64,000 nt of DNA from an uncultured Chloroflexia bacterium. Its GTDB lineage: Bacteria > Chloroflexota > Limnocylindria > Limnocylindrales > CSP1-4. Location: NCBI GenBank assembly GCA_963788375.1, contig CAWBGT010000027.1, positions 1,168,047 to 1,232,046 of the forward strand, read 5' to 3'. Made by a program: the position numbers and the translations under genes. Positions 63,148-64,000 of the stretch are shown here, one piece after another (position 1 is the first letter of the stretch; each line of letters begins with the position of its first letter). The notes under the pieces are model-generated. The model ran no database searches. It was not told the origin of the DNA and saw only the letters and a list, made by a program, of their open reading frames with translations.

Positions 63148-64000
63148 GTGATTCGGACCATCCGTGTCCTTGGGGCGGCGCTCGGCGCCCTTGTCGGGCT
63201 CGGGATCGCCGTCTCCGGGACGGGCATGTTCACCGGCGTCGACTACGCCGGGTTCTTCGTCGCTGCCTGGACGATCGCCTGGATGGTCGTCGGTTTCGCC
63301 GTGCTCCCGTACCTGACCGTCGTGCCGGCCACCTGGCTGATCCGCCAGGTCCAGGACATGTCCACGGCGGAGTTCGTCGCCGCGGTCCTCGGCCTGTTCG
63401 TCGGACTCCTGCTCGGCCTGCTGCTCAGCCTGCCCCTTGCCCAGATCGAGGGTCCGCTGGGCACCTGGCTGCCGCTGGGGATCTCCCTGTTCCTGGGCCT
63501 CGGGATGATGGGTCTGACCGTGGCCAAGCGGATGGACCTGATCGCGGCCGCCGAGGGCGCCGGCCTGATCCGCCGGCCGGGCAGCGAGCCGGACGACCGG
63601 GAGGGTGAGCCATACATCGTCGTCGACACCAGCGTCCTGATCGACGGGCGCGTCGCCGAGATCGTCGAGTCCGGGTTCATTCACGGGACGCTGGTCGTGC
63701 CCCAGTTCGTCCTGGAAGAGCTCCAGCACATCGCCGACTCGTCCGACACGCTCAGGCGCAACCGTGGCCGCCGCGGGCTGGAGATCCTTGCCCGCATGCA
63801 GCGCGATCCGCGGACGCCAGTCGAGATCGTAGACGACGATGCCCCCGGCATCGCCGAAGTCGACGCCAAGCTGGTCGAGCTTGCCAAGCGGCGGAGCCGC
63901 GTGGTCCTGACCAACGACTTCAACCTCAACCGCGTCGCCGAGCTGCAGGGCGTGCGGGTCATGAACATCAACTCGCTGGCCAACGCGGTGAAGCCCGCGG
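63148..64000 (+). CDS. PIN/TRAM domain membrane protein (YacL-like), 3'-truncated by the window
   Basis: TM region then VDTSVLIDGR, ELQHIADS, RGRRGL, TNDFNLN; clpC-radA-yacL synteny. Absent from the ORF track because it runs off the end. Confidence 0.9.
   Translation, partial: MIRTIRVLGAALGALVGLGIAVSGTGMFTGVDYAGFFVAAWTIAWMVVGFAVLPYLTVVPATWLIRQVQDMSTAEFVAAVLGLFVGLLLGLLLSLPLAQIEGPLGTWLPLGISLFLGLGMMGLTVAKRMDLIAAAEGAGLIRRPGSEPDDREGEPYIVVDTSVLIDGRVAEIVESGFIHGTLVVPQFVLEELQHIADSSDTLRRNRGRRGLEILARMQRDPRTPVEIVDDDAPGIAEVDAKLVELAKRRSRVVLTNDFNLNRVAELQGVRVMNINSLANAVKPA

Overview
High-GC core-genome window from a bacterium whose 16S rRNA resembles Chloroflexota, most likely Limnocylindria/KD4-96-like (judged by eye; needs a database check). 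In order it carries: the end of a GH4 glycosidase with a sugar ABC transporter and an amidohydrolase; greA, class I lysS, serS, an RDD gene, tRNA-Ser and glgC; a Trp T-box-led trp operon with a TrpC-TrpF-TrpB triple fusion; cydABDC; a minus-strand shikimate operon (aroF-aroA-aroE-aroC-aroKB-chorismate mutase-gluQ) with a candidate attenuator; tRNA-Ser and tRNA-Arg(GCG); a teichoic-acid-like CDP-ribitol cluster; a PPi-type pfk; a tadA-tRNA-SRP RNA-dnaX-ybaB-recR block; a full rRNA operon; and LysM, Fpg-like, rpsA, clpC, radA and PIN/TRAM genes. No mobile element or CRISPR array was seen. The strongest lead is a TadA homolog lacking its catalytic Glu (HAE changed to HAV) alongside a tRNA-Arg with a GCG anticodon that needs no inosine editing, suggesting a retained pseudo-deaminase. 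Other leads are bS1 with very long acidic tails, a frame-split dnaX, an H54a-like 23S insertion, several candidate leaderless genes and a GANTC cluster.
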